The notes below the pieces were generated by a model, which had not been told where the DNA came from, searched no databases, and was given only the letters and a program-made list of their open reading frames with translations. From Sphyrna mokarran (taxonomy: Eukaryota): 64,000 bases of DNA. Positions 27,735-40,944 of this stretch are shown piece by piece. The DNA is taken from NCBI GenBank assembly GCA_024679065.1, contig JAGIQG010000013.1, forward strand, positions 74,276,001 through 74,340,000, read 5' to 3'. Position numbers and translations under genes: made by a program. Numbering within the stretch: the stretch's first letter is position 1; each line of letters starts with the position of its first letter.

Positions 27735-28050
27735 TGCAGCTGATTTCCCACACCCTCCCCCCCCACCAAAGGGGCTGATCTCCCGCACCCTCCCCCCCAC
27801 CCCAGGGGCTGATTTCCCACACCCCAGGGGATACCATTCACCCTCCCCCACACCCCAGGGGATACCATTCACCCTCCCCCACACCCCAGGGGATACCATT
27901 CACCCTCCCCCACACCCCAGGGGATACCATTCACCCTCCCCCACACCCCAGGGGATACCATTCACCCTCCCCCTCACCCCAGGGGATACCACTCACCCTT
28001 CCCCCCACCACCCCAGGGGATATTACTCACTCTACCCCCACCACCTCAGT
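27735..28050. repeat. 31-bp GC-rich minisatellite (ACCCCAGGGGATACCATTCACCCTCCCCCAC)
   Basis: Period of 31 measured (27821 to 27852); about 5 near-perfect units plus degenerate flanking units. Confidence 0.93.
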
Positions 28051-28199
28051 TATGGAGACGTTTACCAGCTAAGTAAATAATGCAACTTTAGGAAAGGTGA
28101 TTTTAGAAGGGTTTAATCACCCACAATCTCCAGGGAGGAGGATCAGAATGGTGTATCCTGGGATTTATCACCCATTCCCCCAGGTCTCTCCCTCTCCCT

Positions 28200-28400
28200 C
28201 AGCCTAAAGCTATCCTCGCTGCTCTCCGAAGTGGGGACCAAGTGTGGCGGGACCTCCTACCGGGAAAAGAGCGGACGCTTCGGACTCGAGCGGTGGCCGC
28301 GGCGGCCTTTGTCCCCAGAAACCGGAACATAAAATGTGTGCGCGCGCCGGCGGAGCGGAGAGCGTGCGGACCGTGTCCGGGGCGGGAGATAGTGGTTACT
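28200..28400 (-). promoter_or_regulatory. ESD: CpG-rich promoter and probable non-coding exon 1 of ESD (exon 3' end at 28261)
   Basis: Clearest CpG-dense non-repeat patch in the window, upstream of the ATG exon. Minus-strand donor CCG|gtagga at 28261/28260. Also a GC box (ggggcggga ~28379), an ETS-like CCGGAA (~28322) and an NRF1-like tgcgcgcgc (~28339). TSS not determined. Confidence 0.7.
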
Positions 28401-30354
28401 CCCATTTGACAGGTCTTTAGAAAGCACAGAGCGTCTATGTATTAATTGTGGGCTGTGATGATCATATTAAACCCTTCTAAAATCACCATTTCTAAAGTTG
28501 CATTATTTACTTCGCTGGTAAACGTCTCAATAACTGAGAATCTGCTGTGTTTCACAGACATGATTAATTTAAACTCCAGCAACACACTTACAGGATTGGA
28601 CCAAGATCAAAATGTAGGGGGAGTCAATACACTGACTTGAAGAAACTGTCACCTGTCCCAAACTGAACACATTGACCCCCTAGATCAATGAAAATAGACC
28701 AAACATGGGGGGGGGGGGGGGGTTCTTTTAGGTAAGACCAAACATGGGGAAGATCATGATTCCCTTTGTCTAGCCTTTTAGGAAACCTAATGTGTAACAA
28801 GAACCATAACAATTATAAATTATTTGAACACATTAAAACATTAGTGTCAATATTGTGCTACTTTCTAGTATTGCTACTGCACCAAACCAGATCTTTCAGG
28901 AACTCAAAAATCGTTTAACCCGACAATGTATATTTTTGGAAAAGTCAGTTAAGGCTACATGATATCTGTAACATATATCCTCTGTGCTAAATCCATTTCA
29001 GGCCTGTAAGTTATCCTAAAAAGTGCATGTAATTAGAAGAGGTTTTCCATCTGTCGAACATTCATAGGTTAAAGATTTCTGTGGGACAAGTTGATCTTTC
29101 TCTACACCCTAGCTATGATTTAACACTACATTCTGCACTCGTTTCCTTCTCTATGCTTTGTCTGTATCGCACACAAGTAACTGTATGTTAATACATGTGA
29201 CATTAATAAATCAAATCAAATCAAATCAGTGGCCCTAACTGACTGGGAGAAAAAAAACAACCTTCTGCATAAAACATGCCTTGACAAAATTTAATTGTAG
29301 GCACATCAGCTTAGAATGGGAATGAGAGTAAGTAGTGAATGGATGTTGTCTGTGAAGAAAAATACATAATGGACTTGTATTTGATCATTAGCTTTAATGT
29401 GTGGGGTGGGGCGGTGGTTGGTTCACTAAGTTGGCTGGACAACTGGCTGGTGGTGCAGAATGACACCAACAATACGAGTTCAACTTCCTTACTGGCTGAG
29501 ATTCTTTATGAAAGCCTGCCTCTCAATCTTGTCCATTGCCTGAGATGTGGTGATTCTCAGGTTAAAATTGTCACCATCTGGGACTATAGTGACTTTACCT
29601 ATTATGTATAAATGGCTTGGAGACAATTAAAAAAAATTTTAGTCACTCAGAAGATGTGAATATTGCTAACAAAGCCAACATTTATTGTCCAACCTATTGC
29701 CCTCAAAATGATAGTGAGCCACTGTAGTTCGTCTGGTGCTTATTATGATAACAGCAAAATACTTTAGTTGCTATAAATTTGAAATAAAAATAAAATGCAT
29801 GAAATCTCAGCATGTTATGCGGCAGCTGTGTCTTCTCCCCAGACACACAGCCAGATTTTCTGACAGTCAGAAAAAAAAGGACTTGTTTAGCACTGTCACA
29901 ATGCCACACCTATAAAACGGGCAAGCTCAGCAACACAGATCAGAGTACCATCTTTAATGGGTGTCTCCCACTCCCCCAAAAAGCACACCCTTCCCCCACA
30001 CATCGGGGCAATCTGCCTCCCCTTCATTTAAGTATTGGGAGGCACTCCCCCATGCATTCCCTGGCATGTACCTCTTTCCTTGCCACCACATTAAACCCCC
30101 TGCCCAATGAAGAGTTTACCCAGCCTCAGCCGTCAATTGTGTGGCCTCCAGTCACTTCTGTATTCCCAGCATGGTTATCATGACTGGTTTTTGACTTTGA
30201 AAACCAATAGCGAATCATGCCAACGGAACATCACTTTGCCAGGGGGTATATCACATGGGGCTGGAATGTATAGTGTAAAGCCGATAAATAACATTTACAT
30301 TTATTTAAGTTATAGAAGTCAAATTGACACCCTTCAAACAGGCTCAAAAATGGC

Positions 30355-30662
30355 ATCATAGAATATCTACAGTGCAGAAGGAGGCCATTTGGCCCATCAA
30401 GTCTGCACTGACTGTTTGACAGAGAACCTTTACCCAGATCCTATCTCTGGAACCCCATGTATTTGCTCCACTAATCCCCTTAATACTAAGGGGCAATTTA
30501 CCATGATCAATCCACCTAACCTGCATATCTTTGGGCTTTGAGAGGAAACCAGAGAACCAAGGGATAAACCCATTGAGACACAGGGAGAATGTGCAAACTT
30601 CACACAGTCACCCAAGACTGGAACTGGCGTTTTGAAGCAGCAGAGTAACCATTATGCCACCC
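30355..30662 (-). mobile_element. HE1-like SINE
   Basis: Same body and tail as the other copies. Confidence 0.8.
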
Positions 30663-30669
30663 ATTAAGT

Positions 30670-30920
30670 CCATGAGGCTGAAAAGTGCCTAATTAGAAAC
30701 TGAGGTACTGTTCTTCCAGTCTTTGCTGGGCTTCATTGGAATTTTCCAAAAGGCCCAGAGTGGAAATGTGACATGACAACAAGATGGTGAGTTGAAATGA
30801 TAAGCAACAGGAGGGCTGGGGTCATGCTTGCAGACTGAAAGACTGTTCTTCAAACACATTCTATGTTTAGTCTTCCCAATAAAGAAAGACTGCATTGGGA
30901 GCCACTTACATTTTGTCATA
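30670..30920 (-). mobile_element. Penelope-like GIY-YIG C-terminal fragment
   Basis: PVAYHFNSPS motif in ORF 30689..30919. Confidence 0.6.
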
Positions 30921-31484
30921 GTAATTTATTATAACTGAGTGACTTGCTAAGCCATTTCAGAAGCACTTGAGAATCAAACACATAGTTGTGGGCCAGGGAT
31001 CACATATAGGGCAGACCACTAAGAAAAGCAATATTTCCTCTCCTATACTACATCAGTGAATCAAATGGGTTCTTACGAAAATCCGGTAATTTCAGAGGTA
31101 TCCAAAATGATGAGGAGGTTAGGTAGAGTATGAAAGGAAAAGACTGTTTCAGCTGACAGTTGGGTTGGTACCCAGATTTAAAATAAGTGGCAGAGAACTA
31201 GAAAAAAAATGAAAAATGGCTTCAAAGGTACGATTTGCAACTCACTAATTGAAAGTCCAGTGGAGTCAGAGATTCCATGAGAACTTTCAAAAAGCATTTA
31301 GTCTACATTTGAAGAGAACTAACTTGCAGAGTTATGGACAAAAAGTTGCCTTTGTGATTAAATTGGAAAGCTTAGAGCTGACACAAGTACAGCTGTTTGA
31401 ATGGTCTCTTAAGGTGCTATGATTATGAGCTCTCTGAATTTTTAGAAGCTGTTTTGCTGCCTAAATAACAGAGTCTAATGCTCC

Positions 31485-31745
31485 ATGGGCAGCACTGTTG
31501 CCTCACAGCACCAAGGACCTGAGTTCAATTCCTGGCTTGGGTCACTGTCTGTGCTGAGTTTGCATGTTCTCCCCATGTCTGTATAGGTTTCCTCTGGGTG
31601 CTCCAGTTTCCTCCCACATTTTGAAAGACGTACTGATTACGTGCATTGACTCGAACAGGCAGAGGACTGTGGTGAGTAGGGGAATTTCACAGTAACTTCC
31701 TTGCAGTGTTAATGTAAGGCTTACGTTTGATTAGTAAATAATTTT
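31485..31745 (+). mobile_element. HE1-related SINE with alternative tail
   Basis: tRNA-like head followed by ttcacagtaacttccttgcagtgttaatgtaaggctt. The same tail occurs at 16295, 56225, 57935 and 63900-64000. Confidence 0.75.
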
Positions 31746-32419
31746 TTTACTTTTTAATGTATATATTGTGCAGCAATTTCCAGCGTGGAAGTGATAACTC
31801 AGGAATTGTGAACCACCACAAGTTGCAGGATCATTTATGCCATTCCACCATTAGTGAATTTGAAGAAATTGTTGCATTTGTACATTAATCATCCACTTGG
31901 CTAATCATAGGAAGTTAGGGCTGACAGTTAACAGCATAAATACCTTTTATTTACATGCCTGCAATGGCATTAAACCTCTCTGGGTCAGAAAGAAAACAAT
32001 TTAAACTGTGGTATCAATCTTACAGCTTGTAAATAGATAGAGAGCTTTAAAAGCTTATGTTACTTCTTTTATATTCTTTATCTTTTTTTGTCAACCAAAT
32101 CTTTCTTTCTCTTCCTTTACACAGGTATTTCTCTTTTCTTATCTCATTTAACTTCAGTTTACCCTATTTCTTTCTCAATAATTCCTGTTTCTTTTTCAAT
32201 CCTTAAATCTTATTTGTTGAATAGATCAATCTGTCAGTCTCATTCTTCATTATGGTCCCAGATACCCTGTTATCCTCACTATCAGCTCACACTTCCAATT
32301 ATTTGCAGTGTAAAAATATTTCACGCTGAAAGGTATGGGATAAAGGGGATTTAAATGAAGAGGACACCTAATGAGGTATCATGTTCCAGAATTTCTGGGC
32401 CACTGGTAATAGTTGCATG

Positions 32420-32840
32420 GTAAGAAGAAACTTGCATTCATACATTGCAACTCATAACCTCAGGATGGTCAAAATTGCTTTACAGCCATTGAAGTACTTT
32501 TTGAATAGTGGCCATTGTGAAACTCAGTAGTCAATTTATGCTCAAGGATATCCCTCAAAGAGAAATGTGAGAAATAAACAAGTTAATCTGTTTCAGTGAT
32601 GTCGGTTAGATGATAAATGTTAGCTAGGTCACCAGGGAGAACATCATTGCTCTTCTTTAAAATGTGGGCTACATAGGAAGAGGGTATGGGCTTGGATCAG
32701 TGTCTCATCTGAAAGGTGGTACCTCAGAGACTGCAGTACTCCATCAACAGGTCACTGAGATAGGATTATGTATTCAAGTCTCTGGAACATGACTTGAACT
32801 TAAACTTTCTGATTCCAAGACAAGAGTGGAACCACCAAAG
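32420..32840 (-). mobile_element. Deu-domain SINE (SacSINE1/AmnSINE1-like)
   Basis: tctcatctgaaaggtggtacctc...actgcagtactccatc is the reverse complement of the core at 37115-37170 and 62340-62400. Confidence 0.6.
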
Positions 32841-33594
32841 CAAACACCAAGTCATAAAAATGATCGCATTATCACATAATGATAGGATCATAATTCTTCG
32901 AGAAAACCGCAACTGAAATTCCAAAACATAACTGCCAAATTCCCTCAGTTATCATCTTGTGAATCTAGATCTGTGTAATGATGCAGAAAGTCCAGAGATT
33001 TCTAATACCTTATTGAAGCATAAATATACTGCCATATATTTTGTATGGTAATTTTGTGAAATATCACAATATATCATTCAAATAAACCCAATTTGCAATT
33101 GCAGATGTAAAGTCAAGATTATTTTGATGTATAAAGTTTGAGAAGATAAATGGAAAGTTATTTATCTGTGGCAAGTGGGCCTTTTGATAATTCATCAGCT
33201 GTCCCGTAAGTCTTCACAATATATTCTGTTTGCATCAGACATTACAAATTAACTAGGTAAAGACAAATGTATTTAAGGATCTGTTTAATGATTATACATG
33301 TCTTGAGAAATTGAAGTGTATGTTTCTGCTTGCTGGAAGCAGAGTTAGTAACTAGTCTGTTGTTCTGCAAGGCACAATGAGTGTGTACATATTTTGGAAT
33401 ATTGCTGTTCTGTTCCTTTTCTCAATTAAAGCATTTCAGTTGAATTCTCAAAAGGAAACCAGTCCAGTAATAAGAACAGGATAGAATTAGATTAGCACAC
33501 AAAAATGATATAAGCACTAACGGTGGCATCAATCCATATCACCAAATGGTTGATGCTGAAAAGCTTCCACACTGTAAATTTTATTGTTCTATAT

Positions 33595-36005
33595 GGGGCC
33601 ATTTCTCCCAAAAATGCTGAATTGGTGGGAAAATTGTTTCAGATCATGGCTATTTTCTCAGTGCAGCTTCATACTAGAATCTCGCCACTCTGTGCATTGC
33701 AGAGGTCACAATCGTGAATCTCATTAAAAACCCGGGGGGGTGGCGGAGGGTGGGGGGGGGAGGGTGTGGCGGAGGGGGGGGGGAGTGGAGGGGGAGGTGG
33801 TGTCTATTTGTGCTACAGTTTGACAGCTGCGCATGCACAATAGAACATAGAACATAGAACATTACAGCACAGAACAGGCCCTTCGGCCTTCGGTGTTGCG
33901 CCGGCCAATATAAAAAGCAATGCCCCTCCAAACTAAACCATTCCCTTCTCTTCCATATACTTATCAACTAACCTCTTAAACGCCACCAAACTTGGTGCAT
34001 CTACAACTGCTGCAGGCAGGGCATTCCACTCCCTAACCACCCTTTGGGTAAAGAACCTACCTCTGATATCCGTCCTATAACTATCACCCCTTAATTTAAA
34101 GCTGTGTCCCCTCGTGCTAGCTTTCTCCATCCTAGGAAAAAGGCTATCACTGTCCACCCTATCTAAACCTCTAATCATCTTATATGTTTCGATTAGGTCC
34201 CCTCTTAGCCTCCTCCTTTCTAACGAAAACAACCTCAAATCCCTCAGCCTCTCTTCATAAGACCTGCCCTCCGTCCCAGGCAACATCCTGGTAAACCTCC
34301 TCTGTACCCTCTCCAATGCCTCCACATCTTTCTTATAATGTGGGGACCAGAACTGCACACAATACTCCAAGTGCGGCCGCACTAGAGTTTTGTACAGTTG
34401 CAACATGACGTTGCGGCTCCGAAATTCAATCCCCCTACCAATAAAAGCTAAAACTCCATATGCCTTCTTAACAACCTTACTCGACTTGACTGCCTACTTT
34501 CAGGGATCTATGCACATACACACCAAGATCCCTCTGTTCATCAAGACTATAAGAATCCTACCATTAGCCCTATACTCTACACATTTATTATTTGCCATAG
34601 TGCATTACCTCACACTTTTCCACATTAAACTCCATTTGCCACCTCTCGGCCCAGCTCTGCAACTTGTCCAAGTCTCTCTGCAAACTATAACACCCCTCTT
34701 CACTATCTACCACTCCTCCGACTTTGGTGTCATCCGCAAATTTACTAATCCATCCTTCAATACCCTCATCCAGATCATTTATAAAAATTACAAACGGCAG
34801 GGGCCCCAAAACAGACCCCTGAGGTACACCACTTGTCACCGAACTCCACGATGAATATCTCCCATCAACCACCACCCTCTGTCTTCTATCTGCTAGCCAA
34901 TTCCTAATCCAATTAGCTAAATCACCCTCTATCCCATACATCTGCATTTTCTGCAGAAGTCTTCCATGGGCCACCTTATCAAACGCCTTACTAAAGTCCA
35001 TATATACCACATCAACCGCCTTACCCCCATCCACCTCTTTAGTCACTTTTTCAAAAAACTCAATGAGGTTAGTAAGGCACGACCTACCCTTCACAAAACC
35101 ATGCTGACTATCCCCAATCAATTCATTTCTCTCTAAATAACTATAAATCCTATCCCTAATAATTCTCTCCAAAAATGGTCCCGATCTGTCAGACTCCCCA
35201 TTTACTGGACAGCTTGATCACTGTCCAGCCTGCAACCGCCACAGTGCTGCCCCTTCTCGGCCTGATCCCGGCACCCACAGCAATTCCTGGGCCAGCCCTG
35301 ATCTCCCCCAGCCCGGAGTGCTGTAATATCCAGCCCAATCCCGCAGCAATGGTAATTCCCCTGCACCCGCCCTCAGTCCAGCAGACCCTCCCCATCTCCC
35401 CACTGACCCCCATCACACCCCCAAGCCCATCCCAATCTATGTCCTCCCTCCAGCTCAAACCAATCCCCATGCAGAGTTGCAGCAGGACCCCCTCACCTCT
35501 ACCAATTGCCATTAGGCCATGCCCACAATAGGCCCCACCTCCTTGGACTGCCCAATTCCCAATGGGTCGTGTCAAGGTACCCCCTCATCATGGACACTTT
35601 GCCCCTTAGGCAGTGTCAGGAGCACCAGCTAGCATTCGCAGGGTGCCCATGTTTAAGGGGGCCCCTCATGCCCCCCCCCCCTCCGCCCACCAGCCAGCTA
35701 ATTCCACGAATGTGGGGAGCTACTCTAAACCGCACCAGAATGAAGTACTCCTGGCGAGGTAGGAAATGTTACCGGGCCTGGCAAGTTCCGTACTGAACCC
35801 GATAATGACATGCAAAATATATTTAAAATACATTTTAAAAAATTCAAATTATTTACCTCTCTTCCCGGCAGTCTCGACTGTTCTCTGGCTCTGGGAGACG
35901 CACTTGTTCCCAGCACACGTTCAAATCCCAGAAAAAAGCCGACATGCAATTCTCTCAACTGGACCTACCAGAAAAGTTGCAGGCTGCAATGGGAGAATAG
36001 GGCTC
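33595..36005. mobile_element. Non-autonomous DNA transposon (PIF/Harbinger-like) with imperfect TIRs, interrupted by CR1
   Basis: Left end ggggccatttctccca versus reverse complement of the right end gagccctattctccca (12/16 match); GC-rich, C-skewed interior. Confidence 0.5.
33841..35172 (-). mobile_element. Young 5'-truncated CR1 LINE, near-identical to 23450-24766
   Basis: ORFs 34588..35172 and 33933..34406 match the plus-strand copy almost residue for residue; (tagaaca)n tail at 33841. Confidence 0.97.
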
Positions 36006-37044
36006 ATAATTTCTAAGAACAGGGGATTCTGTCTTAAAAAAAGGTATACAGTACAATGGCTTATACATAGGCCATTTCCCAACAGAAATGACAGAGTCAG
36101 AGCTGCATCCTGGAAATATTCTATCAATTGTTCTTTTCCAGGATAGACATCAGAATTTGTTTTCTAGCATCTTAATTCCCAGAGTAATAATTCATTGTCC
36201 TTCATTAATCAATATTTCTTGATACTTACAGTTAATTCCTCACCATTTATTTTGTTTGTATTTGTACTCATTCCATCAGAATACCATTATTAACCAAGAA
36301 TTTCATTGATGGTGTTTGTCCAATTGGTTGTTTTATGTTACAGGATAATGCTTAAAAAGGTTTGCTTATATGAACAGCTATTACAAGCGTTTAGCTGATG
36401 AATTTCCTACATTGATTTACATACAATGTGACAGTAATTACTCAATTACATATTGTTCATCTTGAAGAACATTTTACTAATCTCAAGGAACTATCTGTTG
36501 CTGAGAGGTAAATTCTGCACTTTTAATAAAATATCTAAAGTACTTTAAATACATCAGCTCTAGACTTTTAAGCATTTATTTATTAGAGGGCACAAGTGTA
36601 TGAAATGCATTTCTTAATGAAAATTTATTTAAAACCTTAGAGCATAACGCTTATCATTTATTTTATCTGGGAATGAGCAGCAAAGTTAGAATGCTGAATA
36701 ATCACACGTCCATGCCGTGTAATTCGATGAAGAGCCAGACACTCCATTAAAAATGATTCAGAATTGTGTTGAATGTTTCACTTGTTCTATTTCAAGACAA
36801 AGAAGAAACAAGTACTGACATTGGATGTTGATTGTGTATACTAAATTAATTACCTTATTGCTGTTATAACAATCATGTTCTCCAAACATCTCCAAAGCAT
36901 GAAAAATAACACATCACCATTGTTTAATACAGGCTAAATCCATTTGGTTAGATTTATGTTAGTTAAGCTAATAAACACCAGGTTACACATGCTGTGTGTG
37001 TCACCGTGACGCTATGATAGTTCCCTTGTCTTGTGTCAAATGTT

Positions 37045-37500
37045 TATGCTTTCAAGCCCCAATCCAAAGACTTGGGAACAAAATTAAGGGAAACATGACA
37101 ACACAGTAGTGAGAGAGTTTTGCACTATCAGAGGTGCTGTCTTTCAGATTAAGCATTAAACTGAGGTCTCGCCTGTCTTATCAGACAGAAATAAGAAATC
37201 CTATGGTTCTGTGATCTGGCCAGTATCTCCATCAATCAACATTTACCAAAAGACATTGACTGAAACATGAGCAGTAGGTAACCATTCAACATAATCTCAG
37301 CCCTTGTGCCTTATTGTGCTCACAAAGAAAGATTCAAATTTAGATATCTGTGAAACCTTGTTGTTCACAAATTGACAGTCAGGTGTCCTAAATTACAACA
37401 GTGCTTATGCTTCAAAAGCACTTCAATCGGCAGTAATGTGACTTCACCTTTCTGAGTTCACAAAAGGCATTACAGAAATGCAAATCTTTTTTCTTCACAA
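37045..37500 (+). mobile_element. Deu-domain SINE (SacSINE1-like)
   Basis: gcactatcagaggtgctgtctttcagattaagcattaaactgagg core and L2-like tail aaaggcattacagaaatgcaaatctttt. Confidence 0.6.
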
Positions 37501-38079
37501 TCAAGTTTATGAAATTTAGGAACTTTTCTGTTCAAAATAAGAAATAACAAAAGCTGAGATATTTTCCTCAGTTTTCTTATCTCAAGTGTGTCTGAGAAAC
37601 AAGGGAATGGAAAATTCTTCTAATTCATTCATTCTCACTGAGCGCCTCACCAGAATTGCAGATCTAATGTGGGTAAACAGTGGAAGTTACTGTATAAAAC
37701 TGCTAAAGGTTTTATTTGGCACAGGACCTTCCCACATATGATTATCTCCTTATCCTGTTCCCCTCCCCTCAGGTCCAACTCACTGCAAGAAATGTGTCTC
37801 CAGGTTTGTTATGAATGCAGAGCTGAAGAAGGCACAGAACAATCACATAAGTGTTTTCATACCATTCCAGTTCCTTTGCTTGGCACGTAGGCTTGTATAA
37901 ACCTCTGGGTCAGCTGCTCTTATGTATATTTTTGATCTTAGTGTTAGGCAAAGGATGTGTCCAGATAATGGGGAGAATCTGTATAGAGATGCTACATTGC
38001 TCAGTCTGACTGAATGGTGCATCTCCAGAGAGTGGTGTAGTTACCTCATTCTGGTAAACATAGTAATGCTATGACTGAC

Positions 38080-38580
38080 TGGTCTCCTGTTTCCATAAGC
38101 TTGAGGTTATTCAAAACTCTACTGTCCATATTTGAATTCACACCATCAGCCATTCACACATCACCTCTGTACTCGCTAACTCAACTTAGCTCCATTCTGG
38201 AAATACAATTTTAAAATTTTCATCCCTGTATTCATACTCCATGGCCTAATCCTCTTTTACACTATGCCTTTTTCCAGCCTTACGACTCTTTGCAATTCCT
38301 GTGCTCCTCTATTTCTGAGTTCTTGCACATCCAGATTACCTTCTATTAGCAATCATACTCTCAGCTACCCTGGAATTTCTTCCCTAACCCATTCTGTCTC
38401 TCTACCTCTCTCTCCTCCTATTGGACCCTCTTATAAATCTACCTCTTTGAAAAAGCTTTTAATCACTTGTCTTAATGTCTCATGTGGTTCCATGCCAAAT
38501 GTTATTTAATAATGCTTCAGTATAGTGCCTTGGGATGTTTTACTATATTAGAGGCATGATGTAAATGCAGGTTGTTGTAG
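38080..38580 (+). mobile_element. L2-like LINE 3' fragment
   Basis: attcaaaactct...catcacctctgtactcgctaac...ccctggaattt...cttgggatgttttactatattagaggc...aaatgcaggttgttg. Confidence 0.55.
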
Positions 38581-38967
38581 TAGAGGTGCTTCTTCTCAAA
38601 GGAAGATCTGTTAATATATAGCACCATTCTAATAGGTCACAACCCGAATAAAATGTGTGCCATTGCTTTTCAGAGGTAACAAATGCTATATTTCAAAAAT
38701 CAATAGCAGTGATGAGTGCTTGCCAGCATCAATCAGGAGGTTGTGCAGATCACTGCAACATGCCTGGCAAATTGCATTGGAATGTGATTTCTCATGGTTT
38801 GGGACAGTGGATGTTGAACTATACCATCTACTACCATAGTAGGGAGCATAAGGCTTATATTTTTGCACATGGAGTGAGGCAGTCCACCTTTGCAAAACTG
38901 GATACACAAACCTAAATCTGGAAGCCCCACACTTCTAAATCTGGCTTCTATCATTTTCACTTGGAGA

Positions 38968-39022
38968 TGTATGTGTGTATGTGTGTGTGCGTTTGTGTGT
39001 GTGTGTGTGTGGGGGGGGGGGT
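38968..39022. repeat. (TG)n microsatellite followed by poly-G
   Basis: Seen directly in the sequence. Confidence 0.9.
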
Positions 39023-40944
39023 GATGAGAGGGAGAAGAGGTGGGTTCTAATTTGCATATCTGTGGTTCATGGATAAGACTGCACAAGTTAAAGTCTGTCG
39101 TCTTAATCAGATCTGATTTTGGCCAGTAATATTACTAAAAGATGATTTTTGCATTTTAGACCTGGTAGGAAAAGATTTAAAACTGCTGGAATTCTTTTAA
39201 GAGATAAGGTATCCTTTAGGAGAGGAAAAACATTCTTTTGGATATGGTTCCAGTACACCTTTGAAAAAGGCAAAGTTCTTTCTGAGATTGTTAAAAGTGG
39301 ACATGAATGTGTGTAAACTTATTGGAATGGTCAATAGAACTGCCAAAAAAACCATCCTGATAGCTGTCAGGAGAGATATTAAAAGAATTGTCAAGGGAAC
39401 TATCAAGAAAAACATCAATGTCAATTGACATTAGCCTGAGGGTTATCATGCTGGATTAGTGCTGCATGATCAATTTCAGAACCTTTAATTATCATAATGG
39501 CATGCCTATCAGTTCACAGCTTGATTGACAGTTCCAAGTGGTTATAAACTCTTTGAAATGGGACTATGAACCCAAATATTTGTTTTCATAAGGGATTAAA
39601 ATAACTTCAATATAGTGAATGGGTTTTTGTCAATGAGGAATCTCTTTTTAAGTAGTGAATTCATCAATAGCCATTTAAAATGTCATTTATTCTCAGTGTG
39701 GCTCCTGAGGTCTGCCCAAGATGGATAATGCTACATTTACCATTGTTACCAGGTATAAGGGTGGTGGGTGGGAAACATGGATTGATATTAAAGTCCACAT
39801 AGGGTTGGGGGAATGAGATGATTTGTGTTGGTGTGGATAGGACATGGGGAGTGTGTTGGGAAGGGTGGCTGAGCAGATGTAAGGAGCAAGGCATGTTTTT
39901 CATTTTATTAATTATTTTCATTGTCATTTTCAAAAATTGCTGGTACACCAAGGCTGCCTCTGCAGTTGGCAGTCCCCAATCTCTTTCCAGGCTTTCCTGC
40001 CACGACTCTTATTTTCACCTGTCTTCACCTCCCAACCAAAAATCTGATCTTCTGGACACTTTGTCCTGTGTCGGATTTGCAGAGTCAGCAGTTGTCCCAA
40101 TTCTGCATCCTCTTGCCCTATCCATTGCTAAGACATACAGTCTAATATGTCTCCACCCATCCACCCTCCCCTTTTTCAGTAATCCTCATGTCCTCCCCTG
40201 AAGCCAATGTTCTTCACCCAGTCATGGATCCTGATATCCTACATGCCAACCTCAATGTCGTCCACCAATCCTCCATGGTCCTTCATTAATCCATTACTGC
40301 ATTAGTGTTGCATAATCTATTTCACAAATTTTAGTTATTATAGTGGATGCCTGTCAGTTCACAGCTTGATAAAACTCTGACAGGGATGGACAGACTGGAT
40401 GAAGGGATATTATTTCCTCTGGCATGGGGGAAGAGGGGTTCTACAACAAAGGATCACAGCTTTAGGATAGAGGATAAGCCATTTAAGACTGAGAGAAGGA
40501 GGAATTTCTTCACACAAGGTGTCAAAACTGTGGAATTCTCTATCACAGAAGGCTGTGGAGGCCAAGTCACTAAATAAATTTAAGAAGGGGACAAATTTCT
40601 CGACTGTAAAGGTGTCAAGGAGAGAGACTTGGAGCATGGTGTTAAGATAGAGCCATAATCATGTTAATTAGTGGAGCAGGCTTGAGGGACCAAATGCTTT
40701 CTACGCAACAAAAATAGGTCAATTGTGAGGATTGTTTCCTTGCTTTCACGAAAGAGACAAAAAGTAGTATAGGAAGTCGATTTCCTATAAAAATAATGAC
40801 CTGGTGTTTTATACAAAGGAAGCTTACTTACCGTTCTGCCCAAAAGTAAGTCTGGCTCCAGCATCACAATCTCCTTCAAAGGACTGGGCAAGGAGGCAGA
40901 TCCCGAATCCATTCCAGCCAGGAGGGGATTGAACCCCTTGATAT

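Noticed and set aside
27556-28080. 174-aa proline-rich ORF
   Set aside because: Translation of the C-rich strand of the 31-bp minisatellite.
35175-35796. Pro/Gly-rich ORFs of 96-128 aa
   Set aside because: Reflect the C-skewed interior of a non-autonomous transposon; no recognisable domain.
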